From a virus (lineage: Duplodnaviria; Caudoviricetes), in IMG/VR virus record IMGVR_UViG_3300028585_000006, positions 1 to 60,554 of that record: a DNA stretch of 60,554 nt, one strand, 5' to 3'. Below are positions 47,606 to 56,704 of the stretch, in pieces. Below the pieces are notes generated by a model that worked only from the letters and a program-made list of their open reading frames with translations, had not been told where the DNA came from and searched no databases. The stretch's first letter is position 1, and each line of letters starts with the position of its first letter. A program made the position numbers and the translations under genes.

Positions 47606-48425
47606 CGTCGTCCTCGTCTTCGTCGGTGCCGGTCTGGGGGAAGGGGTCGCCGCCCCACGCGAGCCCGTCGTCGGGCGCCGGAGCTGTCGGCCACTCCGTC
47701 GCGGTGTTCGGGGCGACCGGGACGTCGGTCGGCAGGATGTCCTCGTCGCCGACGATGACCTTGTCGGGGCCGTCCGGCTCGCCGGCCTCGATGGCGTTCT
47801 GGCTGTCCCTCGACTCGAGCCAGGCGCGGAGCTTCGACTCGAGCACCTCGGGGGTGACGTCGGTGACTTCGAGCGCGCCTCCGCCGGCGCCGGTGAGCTG
47901 GAACACCTGGTCCGGTGCGCCCAGCGAGGTCCGCTCGATCCGGACCGCGATCTCGTACGCCTGCATCGCCTGGCTCATCGTCATCTTCTTCGGGTCCATC
48001 GACCGGAGGAACTCGAGCACCTTCGTCTGAGCGATCCGCGCCGTGATGGCGTGACGGGACCGCATCTCCGTGATCGTGTGCAGATCCTCGGCGTCCGCGA
48101 TGCGCTGGACGTGGGCGTCGTACTCCTCGCAGCGGCGGACCCACTGGTTCTGGGACGACCACCGCTCCATCGTGCGCAGCTTGCCGTTGTGGGTGCCCTG
48201 CGGGTCGAACTCGGACGACGGGATCTCGTAGTGCGCCATCGCCGCCTTGCGGAGAGTGCGCTGATACCCGAGCTCCCGGTACGTCAGGAACCCGTCGAAC
48301 GCCGCGCCAGTCTCGCCGTCGAGGCGTTCCCACGGGAGACGGTCGGCGCCCTCGGCGGGGACAGCGGTCGTGCGCGGGAGGGGACGTACCTCGGGGCCCG
48401 TTTTGGCGGCTTGTCGTGGTGACAC
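47598..48425 (-). CDS. Probable terminase small subunit
   Basis: PWERLDGETGAAFDGFLTYRELG..R..ERWS..NQWVRR..YD pattern and LTGAGGGALE tail typical of TerS; start uncertain. Confidence 0.7.
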   Translation of the reverse strand: MSPRQAAKTGPEVRPLPRTTAVPAEGADRLPWERLDGETGAAFDGFLTYRELGYQRTLRKAAMAHYEIPSSEFDPQGTHNGKLRTMERWSSQNQWVRRCEEYDAHVQRIADAEDLHTITEMRSRHAITARIAQTKVLEFLRSMDPKKMTMSQAMQAYEIAVRIERTSLGAPDQVFQLTGAGGGALEVTDVTPEVLESKLRAWLESRDSQNAIEAGEPDGPDKVIVGDEDILPTDVPVAPNTATEWPTAPAPDDGLAWGGDPFPQTGTDEDEDDDE

Positions 48426-48495
48426 TATGGTGTGATCTTTCTCGCGGGGTGTGCCGACGTCAGGGCTCTGGTGTCGGGTGCGTCAGTACGGTGGC

Positions 48496-48726
48496 CTACT
48501 TCGCTGGGGGGTGGGTCCAGTCTTGCCAGCGTTCGAGGCGGCGGACGGCGCGGTCGTAGCGGCGGCGGGCCTTGCTGGTGGCGTTGTCGGCGTGTGTGGC
48601 GAGGGGTGTCCCCTGGAGGAGGTTGGCGCACTTGGCCTGGTGCTCGTACTCGCGGACTGCGGCGAGGGCTGCGCGCTTGAGGCGCTGGTCGTGGACGCGG
48701 GCGAGGTGGAGGATGAGGCGCTTCAT
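48496..48726 (-). CDS. Hypothetical basic protein
   Basis: ATGA-coupled ORF. Confidence 0.55.
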   Translation of the reverse strand: MKRLILHLARVHDQRLKRAALAAVREYEHQAKCANLLQGTPLATHADNATSKARRRYDRAVRRLERWQDWTHPPAK

Positions 48727-48977
48727 CGGGGGCCTGCCAGGGCGTGATCGTCTGCGGCGGGGTGGCCGGCGATCGCGTTGGCGAACGCGGTCATCCCGGA
48801 GACGAAGCGATCGACGGCGCGGGTGAAGAGGTCGCCGAGGTCGTAGCTGCCGCCGCTGCCGAGGGAGACGTAGTGGGCCACGAGGGCTTTGCGCTGGGTC
48901 GACCGTTCGTGGTGCCGGCGCCGGCCGCCTCGGACTTTCATGCGGGGGAAGTGCTCGGGGGTGCGGGGCCGGGTCAT
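48723..48977 (-). CDS. Hypothetical protein
   Basis: ATGA-coupled ORF. Confidence 0.55.
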   Translation of the reverse strand: MTRPRTPEHFPRMKVRGGRRRHHERSTQRKALVAHYVSLGSGGSYDLGDLFTRAVDRFVSGMTAFANAIAGHPAADDHALAGPR

Positions 48978-49309
48978 CGTGCGACCACCGTTCCGTGGCA
49001 GTTGCGGCACGCGGGGAGGCCCCACCCGTCGCGGTACGTGTCGGTCGACCCGCACGCGTCGCACGCGGTGCCGGCTTCCCACTCGAGGTAGGGGCGCGTG
49101 TGCGTGACGGACGGGATGTTCGCGGGCGAGGTCCAGCCGGTCGACGTCGGCCAGGTGAACCGGTCGGTGGCGCCGTCGGAGTACTCGACGGTGACGAGGA
49201 CCACGCGCGGGGTGCTGAACAGGCTGGCCTGCGCGATCGTGCGGCCGTCAGGGGAGACGGCGCCCGGCACGATGTCGAGGGGCGAGAGGATCGGGATCTG
49301 GGTTGGCAC
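48974..49309 (-). CDS. Hypothetical protein with C-terminal zinc ribbon
   Basis: CDACGS...CRNCHG. Confidence 0.6.
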   Translation of the reverse strand: MPTQIPILSPLDIVPGAVSPDGRTIAQASLFSTPRVVLVTVEYSDGATDRFTWPTSTGWTSPANIPSVTHTRPYLEWEAGTACDACGSTDTYRDGWGLPACRNCHGTVVAR

Positions 49310-49317
49310 GGGGTCTC

Positions 49318-49680
49318 CTACGTGTAGAGCGAGCTGGTAGCGGGCGTGGACGGCTCGGCGATGGTGATGGGTGCGGCGCCCCCGGTGCGGGCTAGGACGG
49401 CCGCCCCTGCCTCGGTGAGGGCCACGGAGGGATCGGGGTCGAGGGTCGGGTCGGTGCGGGCGGCGACGAGATCCTGGCGGACGAGGAGCGAGAGGAGCTG
49501 CTCGTACCGCATCCGGTTCGCCGTGTTGAGGAGGAGGCCGCGGGCGCTGACCGTGCGGTCGACGACGGTCGACCAGGTGACGGGGACGCCGGCGGCCTGC
49601 AGGGTGAGGAGCTGGCGCAGCATGGCGATCGCCGGCGCGTTGTGCTCGCCGTGCCGCGGTGCCGGCTCGGTGACGGTCAC
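49318..49680 (-). CDS. Hypothetical, possible winged-helix protein
   Basis: LSLLVRQDLV...VALTEAG. Confidence 0.55.
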   Translation of the reverse strand: MTVTEPAPRHGEHNAPAIAMLRQLLTLQAAGVPVTWSTVVDRTVSARGLLLNTANRMRYEQLLSLLVRQDLVAARTDPTLDPDPSVALTEAGAAVLARTGGAAPITIAEPSTPATSSLYT

Positions 49681-49988
49681 TGGCGGGACCTCCGGGCCTT
49701 CTCGTCATCCCACGTCGCGCCCGTGTTCGTGTCCTCGTGCTGGATGTGCGGCACGGTCACGTTGCAGCGGAGGTCGTAGCTGTCGACCTGCTCGGGGCGG
49801 AACACGGCCCAGCTGTGGATCTCGCTGTCGCACTCGACGACGTCGGGGACGGACTCGCGCTCGAGGGCCTCGCGGCAGGCGCGGAGCACGATGACGAGCG
49901 GGTCGCTGTGGGCGCCTTCGCCGCGGCCCTTGCCGTACTCGGAGATCTCCTCGTCGATGCGCTCGATCAGGCCGGAGTAGTCGGTCAC
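49677..49988 (-). CDS. Hypothetical protein
   Basis: GTGA-coupled ORF. Confidence 0.6.
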   Translation of the reverse strand: MTDYSGLIERIDEEISEYGKGRGEGAHSDPLVIVLRACREALERESVPDVVECDSEIHSWAVFRPEQVDSYDLRCNVTVPHIQHEDTNTGATWDDEKARRSRQ

Positions 49989-50335
49989 GGGAGCACCTGC
50001 CTGATCTGGGAGATCACCTTGCGGCGCAGCTCGCGGCCGTGGCCGCCCTTCCACGCGAGGACGATCAGCTGCTCGAAGACGCGGTACGCGGCGCGGAGCT
50101 CGCGGGCGTCGACAACGGCCTGCTGCAGGAGCGCCTGGATCTGCTCGGGGTAGCGGGAGTGGTTCTGGATCACGCAGAGGTGCGCGGTCTCGGCGTTGCG
50201 CGCCCACGAACGGAACCACTCGTCGCGCTGCTCGGCGTCGAGCGTGTTCCAGACGGCGGCGAACTCGCCGGCGTTGCTGATGCGGACGGCCTCGTCCGGG
50301 GGCTCGGTCGCGTGGTCGAGGGTCTGGTCGGTCAT
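49985..50335 (-). CDS. Hypothetical protein
   Basis: ATGA-coupled ORF with GGAGG RBS. Confidence 0.65.
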   Translation of the reverse strand: MTDQTLDHATEPPDEAVRISNAGEFAAVWNTLDAEQRDEWFRSWARNAETAHLCVIQNHSRYPEQIQALLQQAVVDARELRAAYRVFEQLIVLAWKGGHGRELRRKVISQIRQVLP

Positions 50336-50823
50336 CGTTCCTCCGGAGTGAGAGTCGGTGCGGTCTGGTCGAAGTCGCCGGCCCACAGCCGGCTCGTGGT
50401 GTCGTCGGGGCAGCACGCGCGGGCGCCGCCGGCTCGGTAGCGGCGGACCTCGTCGGCGGTGGAGCCGCACCCGTCGCAGAGGTGCGGGGAGGGCGAGGGC
50501 AACACGTTCACGATGAGCACGGCGCCGGCGGCGTAGTCGTCCTCCTCGAAGTTCGGCACCAGGTCCATCGCTTCGAGGTGGGCGCGCCACACGGCTTGCC
50601 GGAGAGCGACGAGCTCGTCGTGCTCGGCCTCGCGGATCCGGCCGGCCTCGTGCCGGTGCTCGAAGGCGCGCTCGAGGTGGTCGCGGGCGTCGGCCAGGTG
50701 GGCGTCGTGCACCTCGACGGTGAGGCCGAGGCTGCGGGCCCCGTCCGCGAGGAGTTCGTGCGCGCGGGCCTGGCGCTCGAAGCCGCGGGCGGCGTGGTCG
50801 TGGTCGTCGGCGGTGAGCTTCAC
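50332..50823 (-). CDS. Hypothetical protein
   Basis: 163 aa coupled ORF; CDGCG..CCPD. Confidence 0.65.
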   Translation of the reverse strand: MKLTADDHDHAARGFERQARAHELLADGARSLGLTVEVHDAHLADARDHLERAFEHRHEAGRIREAEHDELVALRQAVWRAHLEAMDLVPNFEEDDYAAGAVLIVNVLPSPSPHLCDGCGSTADEVRRYRAGGARACCPDDTTSRLWAGDFDQTAPTLTPEER

Positions 50824-50981
50824 TGGTCGGTCTCCTGTAGGTCGGCGAGCTGGGCTTCCAGCTCGGAGATGCGGACGAGCGCGTCGACGAGCGCGGCGCG
50901 CACGTCTCGCTCGTCCTCGATCTGGAACACGGCGATCGCCGCGGCGGTGCGGGGGCCGATGAGGCCGTCGAGGTCGTCCAT
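50820..50981 (-). CDS. Hypothetical protein
   Basis: 53 aa coupled ORF. Confidence 0.5.
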   Translation of the reverse strand: MDDLDGLIGPRTAAAIAVFQIEDERDVRAALVDALVRISELEAQLADLQETDQ

Positions 50982-51970
50982 CAGAAGTACTGGTCCCAGG
51001 TCGGTCGGTTCGGGCGTTGCTGATTGTCGCGGGCCGCGCGGAAGAACGCGGCCGCGGCCTCCTGCGTGCCCCACGGGCTGTCGAAGATCCCCGACGTCGT
51101 GCGCGGCGGGGTCGGGGGGACGTTCGGCCGCGGGTCCGAGAACGAGGCGAACTGCGTGTGCGAGCCGGGCACGTCGGCCGTCTTGAGGTGCGGCCCCCAC
51201 CAGCACGGGCCGGTGAGGTCGGCGAACACGATGCGGCGCTTCTCGACGTCGTCGAACGCGGGGCGACCGGAGAACGTGACCGGTGCCCACGGGAGGCCGT
51301 GGAGCAGCTCGAAGCCGGGCAAGACCGGCTCGTGCGGCATCCCTGCAGGGCTGGCGCGGCGGAGGGTCTCGTAGTCGACGGAGCCGCCGTTCAGGGTGGC
51401 GTAGCGCGCCCAGCCTCGCTCGCGGGCGAGTGCGCCGTCGCGCGCGGCCGCGTCGATCAGCTCCGCCTCGAGCGGGTGAATCGGCTGGTCCCAGTTGCCC
51501 CACTTCTTCATCCCGTCGAGGAACGCGCCGTAGCCCTCGGGGTCGGTCTTGTCGCCGATGAGGGCGAACTCCTCCCACGAGCCGGGCGGCGTGTACCAGG
51601 TCGAGTACTCGCCGGCGACGAGGCGCTGGAACACCTCGTCGTGGGTCATGCCCGTCTTGTCGGAGAGCTGGTCGAGGAGGAGGGAGAGGTCCATTACGGC
51701 CGACGTCGTCCACCCGCTCTTGCGGCTCTTGAGCCGGGCACCCTTGGCCGACGCCGGCTTCTTCCCGGGGAGGTACTTCGCGCCCCACCGGTCGCGGGTC
51801 TTGGTCATCACCAGGTGGTGCTTGCCGTCGTGCTCGCCGATGACGAACCGGTCGCTGCCGAGCTTGCCGGTGAGGTCCGCCGGGTCCCGCCGGGTGCCGA
51901 TCCGCTCGCCGGGGAGGTAGAACAGCGCGTGCCCCAGCTCGTCGGCCGTGGGCTTCGTCGCCGCGGTCAC
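50981..51970 (-). CDS. Hypothetical protein
   Basis: 329 aa GTGA-coupled ORF, Trp-rich, no motif recognised. Confidence 0.7.
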   Translation of the reverse strand: MTAATKPTADELGHALFYLPGERIGTRRDPADLTGKLGSDRFVIGEHDGKHHLVMTKTRDRWGAKYLPGKKPASAKGARLKSRKSGWTTSAVMDLSLLLDQLSDKTGMTHDEVFQRLVAGEYSTWYTPPGSWEEFALIGDKTDPEGYGAFLDGMKKWGNWDQPIHPLEAELIDAAARDGALARERGWARYATLNGGSVDYETLRRASPAGMPHEPVLPGFELLHGLPWAPVTFSGRPAFDDVEKRRIVFADLTGPCWWGPHLKTADVPGSHTQFASFSDPRPNVPPTPPRTTSGIFDSPWGTQEAAAAFFRAARDNQQRPNRPTWDQYF

Positions 51971-52482
51971 GAGAGCTTCCGGGGCACGTGGGGAGCGGGG
52001 GAGCTGAACGAGGGGCAGTCGGTCGAGTTGCCGTCGAACCAGGCTCCCCACGTGTCGGTCGACGTGTAGGCGATCGCCGAGCCGCAGTAGAAGCACGTGC
52101 CCCGGTGCCGGTCCGGCTTCGTGTCGGCCGGCAGCGGGTCCGCCGCGTGGTGCTCGGGGTCGGTGCCCTCGATCTCGATGCCGTTCGCCAGGTCGATCAG
52201 GTCGGTGAGGAGATCCCGGACGTCGGACGCGTCCCACTTCGGCTCTTCGTTCAGGGCGGGGTGGCCGGGCTCGTAGAACATCTGCCGGGTCTTCTCGGCG
52301 TACGCGAGGACGTCCTGCAGGCGGAAGGCGCGCTCGTTCAGGATGTCGCCGACCTTGAGCATGTTGCGGTTCGCGCCGGGGGGTCGCTGCCGGTCCAGTT
52401 CGAGCATCAGGATGACGGCCTTGTGCGCCATCGCGTCGACGAGCACCTGGTCGACGCGGTTGCGGGGAGTGTCTCTGGTCAC
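51967..52482 (-). CDS. Hypothetical protein
   Basis: 171 aa; CFYCG..W..CP..H C-terminus. Confidence 0.65.
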   Translation of the reverse strand: MTRDTPRNRVDQVLVDAMAHKAVILMLELDRQRPPGANRNMLKVGDILNERAFRLQDVLAYAEKTRQMFYEPGHPALNEEPKWDASDVRDLLTDLIDLANGIEIEGTDPEHHAADPLPADTKPDRHRGTCFYCGSAIAYTSTDTWGAWFDGNSTDCPSFSSPAPHVPRKLS

Positions 52483-52751
52483 GAGTGTTCCTCTCGGATG
52501 ATGTCGGGATGCTGCAGGCCCTCAAGGTGCCGGAGGGCGGCGGTGGTCCGGGCGCGGACGAGACGGCGCCTCTGAGCGCGCGCGAGGTCCGAGTAGACCT
52601 CCCAGTAGGTCCGAGCCGCTAACAGGGGCTCAGGGAGGCGCGTGCCGGCGTCAGCGAGCTCGGCGACGTCGGCGCGCGCGGCGAGGATGCCGTCGCGGAT
52701 GCACCGCGCCTGCCGGGTCGTCCGGACTCGGCGGGCGCGGCGCTGCGTCAC
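52479..52751 (-). CDS. Hypothetical basic protein
   Basis: GTGA-coupled ORF. Confidence 0.55.
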   Translation of the reverse strand: MTQRRARRVRTTRQARCIRDGILAARADVAELADAGTRLPEPLLAARTYWEVYSDLARAQRRRLVRARTTAALRHLEGLQHPDIIREEHS

Positions 52752-53044
52752 AGGACGCGCTTCGCGGCGGCGCGACGGGCGGCGCGGTTCGTGTACCGGA
52801 CGGGGCGCTCGTCTTCGATGACCTCGGCGACCTGGATCCGGCGGATGCCGAGGGCCTGGCGGACCTCGTCGACGGTCGTGCCCTCGGGGAACTCGGCGAG
52901 GGCGACCCGGAGGGCCTCGTCGGGGACGGGCGTGCCGGGGGCGGCCTTCATGGCGTTCTTCGTCTTGGTCACCCAGACGTAGCCGGGACCGGCCTGCCAG
53001 GGCTTGACCGAGCGCGCCTTGAGGCGGTCGGCCGCCTCAGCCAC
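52748..53044 (-). CDS. Hypothetical protein
   Basis: 98 aa ORF. Confidence 0.6.
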   Translation of the reverse strand: MAEAADRLKARSVKPWQAGPGYVWVTKTKNAMKAAPGTPVPDEALRVALAEFPEGTTVDEVRQALGIRRIQVAEVIEDERPVRYTNRAARRAAAKRVL

Positions 53045-53432
53045 GACGCAGCTCGCGCTCGAGGGCGTTCATCACGATCTCGAACGTCGCCGGGTCGATC
53101 GACACCTGCGCGCGGCTGGTGAGCACGGTCTCGCGCACGCGGTCGAGGAGGCCGTCGAGGAGGGCGTACCGCTCGCTCATGCCGAGGGCCGTGTACGCGC
53201 CCGCCTGCAGCGCGGAGATGGTGCCCTCGATTGCCTGGCCCGCGAGGTCGAAGTCGGCCAGGGCGAGCGCGGTCGAGGAGACGTCGACGGTGGCCGTGAC
53301 GCCGGCGCCGATGGTCAGGCGCGCGGCGAGCATGGTCGACTCGACGCCGGGCTCGACCGGCTCGACCTCGACGGTGACGCCGGGGTAACGCTCAGCGTGC
53401 GCGGCGCTCTTGACGAGCGGCTGCCGGCTCAC
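53037..53432 (-). CDS. Hypothetical protein
   Basis: 131 aa ORF. Confidence 0.6.
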   Translation of the reverse strand: MSRQPLVKSAAHAERYPGVTVEVEPVEPGVESTMLAARLTIGAGVTATVDVSSTALALADFDLAGQAIEGTISALQAGAYTALGMSERYALLDGLLDRVRETVLTSRAQVSIDPATFEIVMNALERELRRG

Positions 53433-53646
53433 GAGGTGGCCCCTGCGAGGAGGCCTGCGCGGAGCTGGGCCTGGGTCTGGCCGCAGTAGCTGCAGACCAT
53501 CGCCCCGCCGCTCGCGTCGCGCTGCTTGAGGTGGTGCGTGTGGCCGTGCGCGCTAGGCGCCGGGCACGTGTGCTGGGTCGGATCGGTCGAGTCCATCGTG
53601 TTCCTCCTGGGGTCGGTAGGAACACAATATCACTAGGGTGTGACGG

Positions 53647-53904
53647 TCACGCGGTGGGGGCGGGTGAGTCGCGGGTGATTCGCTCTTGCCGGGTCCAGCG
53701 GATCCAGTTCCGGAGGTACACCGACCCGAAGGCGATCGCCGAGAGGCAGAAGCCGTACTGCGCCGTCGTCGCGCCGAAGATCATCCAGATGATCTGCGTC
53801 GACCCGCCGACGAGCCATGCCATCTTCGACCTGTTCCCGGAGAGGATCAGCGACCAGATGCCGCCTCCCGCGAGGATGAACGAGAGGGCGGTCGCCCAGC
53901 TCAC
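53647..53904 (-). CDS. Small three-TM membrane protein (PnuC-like half transporter)
   Basis: AWLVG...W...AQYGF......VYLRNWIRW pattern. Confidence 0.6.
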   Translation of the reverse strand: MSWATALSFILAGGGIWSLILSGNRSKMAWLVGGSTQIIWMIFGATTAQYGFCLSAIAFGSVYLRNWIRWTRQERITRDSPAPTA

Positions 53905-54016
53905 TCGGAGAGCCAGCGACGGCGCCGTGAGCGGTCGAAGACGTCCCGCTTGAGGAGCCGGATGGAGATCGTGCCGAACGTGCCCCAGATCAGCGCAGCG
54001 GCGATGAGGCCCGCGG

Positions 54017-54280
54017 TCACGACGTCGTCCGGATCTGCGCGGAGACCTCGAAGATCGGGTCGCGGCCGTCCTCGGTGTCGAGCTCCTCGACGTGCACCTC
54101 GAGCGAGCCGAGATCGACGTGCTCGTCGTGCTCGAGGCCCGGGCCGACCATGTTCATCAGGCCCTTCATCTGCTCGGCGATCGCCGTGTTGACGACGAGC
54201 AGGTTCGGGTGCCGCCACGAGTAGCGGTGCGACGCGCGCAGCACTCCCGGGGCGCTCGGTCGGGGGGTGGTCACGGTCAC
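54017..54280 (-). CDS. Hypothetical protein
   Basis: GTGA-coupled to the ParB-like gene. Confidence 0.6.
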   Translation of the reverse strand: MTVTTPRPSAPGVLRASHRYSWRHPNLLVVNTAIAEQMKGLMNMVGPGLEHDEHVDLGSLEVHVEELDTEDGRDPIFEVSAQIRTTS

Positions 54281-55185
54281 GAGATCTCCTTGGCGGCGAG
54301 GCGTTCGATGGCCTGCCAACCAGGCATCGAGGTGTCACCCGCGCGGACCTTGTCGACGGCCTTCTTGATCGTCGCCGCGGCGCCGGCCGGTGCGTTGAGC
54401 CCGAGGATACTCGACAGCGGCACCCAGTTGGAGTGCTTCGCGGTCTGCTTCTCAGCATCCCACCAGCCCTCCACGATCTCGGTCTTGTGGCGGTCGAAGA
54501 CGTCGAGGATCAGGTCGAGCACGGTGGCGACGTTCTTCACGTTGTAGGCCTCGCTGACCTCGGCGAGCGCGTCGAGTACTCGGGCGTGGGCGGCGTAGCG
54601 CGCGACCCACGTCGAGTCGGCCGACGTGAGCGCCATCGCGTCCTTCACGGTGTCCTCGAGCTTCTGCAGCTCGTCGGGCAGGAACACGATCGTCAGCGTC
54701 TGGAACTCGAGGTTGGCCTCGCTCATCGACGCCGGCTGCACCTGGTCGAGGAGGTCGAGGGTCTTGTCGTCGAGGGCCGCGTAGTCGCGCCAGTCGATCT
54801 CGTCGAGCTGGTCGTAGAGATCCTTGAGGATCGCGGGGTCGTCCTCGCCGGCGATCGCGTTGTGGCTGAGCTGGATCGCGACGCGGCGCTGCGGGGAGAG
54901 GATCTCGTCGATCGCCATGACGTCAATCTCGACCAGGCCGACCTCGACCGCGGCCTGCGTGCGGTGGTTGCCGGAGAGGACCTCGTAGCGGCCCTCCTCG
55001 GTCATCGCAACAAGGGGCACGCTCGTGAGCCGGCCGTCGCGCTTCACGTTGTCGACGAGCTGCTGGAACTGCTCGTGACGCATGAACCGGGCGTTGACGT
55101 CGAGGATCTTCAACTCGCGCGGGTTGATCCGGATGATCCGGGTGTCGAGACCCTCGATCGGGTTCTCAGGACTCGAGGGTGCCAT
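54277..55185 (-). CDS. ParB/Sulfiredoxin-like N-terminal domain protein
   Basis: NARFM..FQQLVDNVKRDG...YEVLSGNHRTQAA...HNAIAGEDD. Confidence 0.88.
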   Translation of the reverse strand: MAPSSPENPIEGLDTRIIRINPRELKILDVNARFMRHEQFQQLVDNVKRDGRLTSVPLVAMTEEGRYEVLSGNHRTQAAVEVGLVEIDVMAIDEILSPQRRVAIQLSHNAIAGEDDPAILKDLYDQLDEIDWRDYAALDDKTLDLLDQVQPASMSEANLEFQTLTIVFLPDELQKLEDTVKDAMALTSADSTWVARYAAHARVLDALAEVSEAYNVKNVATVLDLILDVFDRHKTEIVEGWWDAEKQTAKHSNWVPLSSILGLNAPAGAAATIKKAVDKVRAGDTSMPGWQAIERLAAKEIS

Positions 55186-56569
55186 CGTCTTCTCCGTGCT
55201 TCTTCTTCCAGGTTTCGTAGCCCTCGGCGAGGGTCCACGCGCCCATCTCGGCGCCGTACTGCAGCGCGTAGCCCTGGGCGTAGTACTGCTCGCTCGCGTC
55301 GGCGCCGGCCGCGGCAGGCTCGGTCTCCTGGCGCTTGAGCAGCTTGAACACGCCGCGGTACTTCATCGACGCGGGGCGCTTCGAGAACGCCGTCGTCGTG
55401 AGCGACCGGCACCGGCGGTTCGCTGACCGCTCGGCGAGGATCTGCGCCTCCTTCGACATCGCGGCGTAGAGCATCAGCTTCGCGAGGCGCGGGTAGCTGG
55501 TCTCGGACACGGGGAAGTCGCTCAGGAGGTAGATGTGCGGGCCGTCGATGTAGCTGTCCCAGTTCGCCATCGTGGGCGAGCTCGAGAACGCGATCGCGCC
55601 CACGAGCACGCCGTCGACGAGCACGCCGAGGGGCAGCGTCGCCTGACCGGGCTTGATGTTCCGGTTCATGTACATGCTCCGGACGGCGGAGAACTGCTCG
55701 CCGGTCAGGGGCATGAGGGCGAGCTTCTCGCCGAGCTTCTGGCCGCGCTTGATGTGGGGGACCAGGAGGGGGGAGGTTGCCTGCCGCGGCTTGATGATCC
55801 GGCGGTGCTCGGACGACCCGTAGACGCACACCTCGACGCCGCGGTTGCTGGTCTGCACGATGCCGCGGAGGTGCGGCTCCATCCAGTCGAGGCGCTCGTT
55901 CACGCACAGCATCCAGTTGTCGCGGTCCATGATCTTGCCGAAGAGCTCGTAGATCCGCTCCTTCGTGAGCATCTCGAAGCTCGGCCGGTCGTGCCAGTCG
56001 AACAGGCTCTCCATCTTGGCGAACTGGCTCTCGTAGTCGCCGGCGAAGAACGGCGGGTAGGAGACCACGCCGGCGTCGGCCGGCACGTCGTCGATCCACG
56101 TGCTGACGTCCTGGATCGCGAACGACTCGAGGCGCATCTTGGCCTTGGCCGACTTGATCCGGCTGATCGTCTGGGCCATCATCCGGTCCCACTGCAGCTC
56201 GTGCGCGTCGCGGATCCGCCCGTAGTACGGGTTCGAGTCCTCCTTGCCGAGGCCCTGCGCGAGCCGGGAGGCGATGAGCAGCGTCGCCAGGCGCTCCTCG
56301 TCGGTCCCCATCGTCTGAGCCATCCACGGGTACGCGTCGACGCCGACCTTGCTGAGGGTGTAGTCCGTCATCGCGTCGGCCAGGTACGAGCCCATCGCTG
56401 CGCTGTAGAGCAGGATGTCGTTGCCGTTCAGGCGCTTGTGGGTGTCGGCGATGACGCGCTCGACGGTGAGGTTCCCGGAGCACCCGATGAACACGTCCTC
56501 CGTGTCCCAGGACCGCACGTGCTGGTGCGTGATCCTCTGCAGGTCGCCCGGAATTGAACCTCTGAACAC
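55166..56569 (-). CDS. Putative DNA modification enzyme: amino-methyltransferase-like domain fused to Mom-like GNAT domain
   Basis: Motif I-like VFIGCSGNLT, motif IV-like VVSYPPF; C-terminal GVLVDGVLVGAIAF..IYLLSDF..LAKLML..TTAFS..SMKYRG. Confidence 0.72.
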   Translation of the reverse strand: MFRGSIPGDLQRITHQHVRSWDTEDVFIGCSGNLTVERVIADTHKRLNGNDILLYSAAMGSYLADAMTDYTLSKVGVDAYPWMAQTMGTDEERLATLLIASRLAQGLGKEDSNPYYGRIRDAHELQWDRMMAQTISRIKSAKAKMRLESFAIQDVSTWIDDVPADAGVVSYPPFFAGDYESQFAKMESLFDWHDRPSFEMLTKERIYELFGKIMDRDNWMLCVNERLDWMEPHLRGIVQTSNRGVEVCVYGSSEHRRIIKPRQATSPLLVPHIKRGQKLGEKLALMPLTGEQFSAVRSMYMNRNIKPGQATLPLGVLVDGVLVGAIAFSSSPTMANWDSYIDGPHIYLLSDFPVSETSYPRLAKLMLYAAMSKEAQILAERSANRRCRSLTTTAFSKRPASMKYRGVFKLLKRQETEPAAAGADASEQYYAQGYALQYGAEMGAWTLAEGYETWKKKHGEDDGTLES

Positions 56570-56591
56570 GGCTGCTCCCCGTTGTGAAGAT

Positions 56592-56665
56592 TGGAGCGCG
56601 GGAGAGGATTTGAACCCCTACGAGCCAGCTGGAAGCCGACCATGCTGCAGTTACATCACCCGCGC
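56592..56665 (-). tRNA. tRNA-Gly (anticodon UCC), non-canonical D-loop, encoded CCA
   Basis: Manual cloverleaf: acceptor GCGCGGG/CCCGCGC, D arm ATGT-AACTGCA-GCAT, anticodon arm GTCGG-CTTCCAG-CTGGC, T arm AGGGG-TTCAAAT-CCTCT, discriminator T, CCA. Confidence 0.92.
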
Positions 56666-56704
56666 GTTCCGCCACCGTAGCAGACCGGATCCGCGACACG
56701 CGAA

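Noticed and set aside
54277-55185. parABS plasmid-prophage partition system
   Set aside because: No ParA or parS array found; context points to DNA modification
56592-56665. tRNA fragment as an attP integration site
   Set aside because: The tRNA is full length and no integrase was recognised
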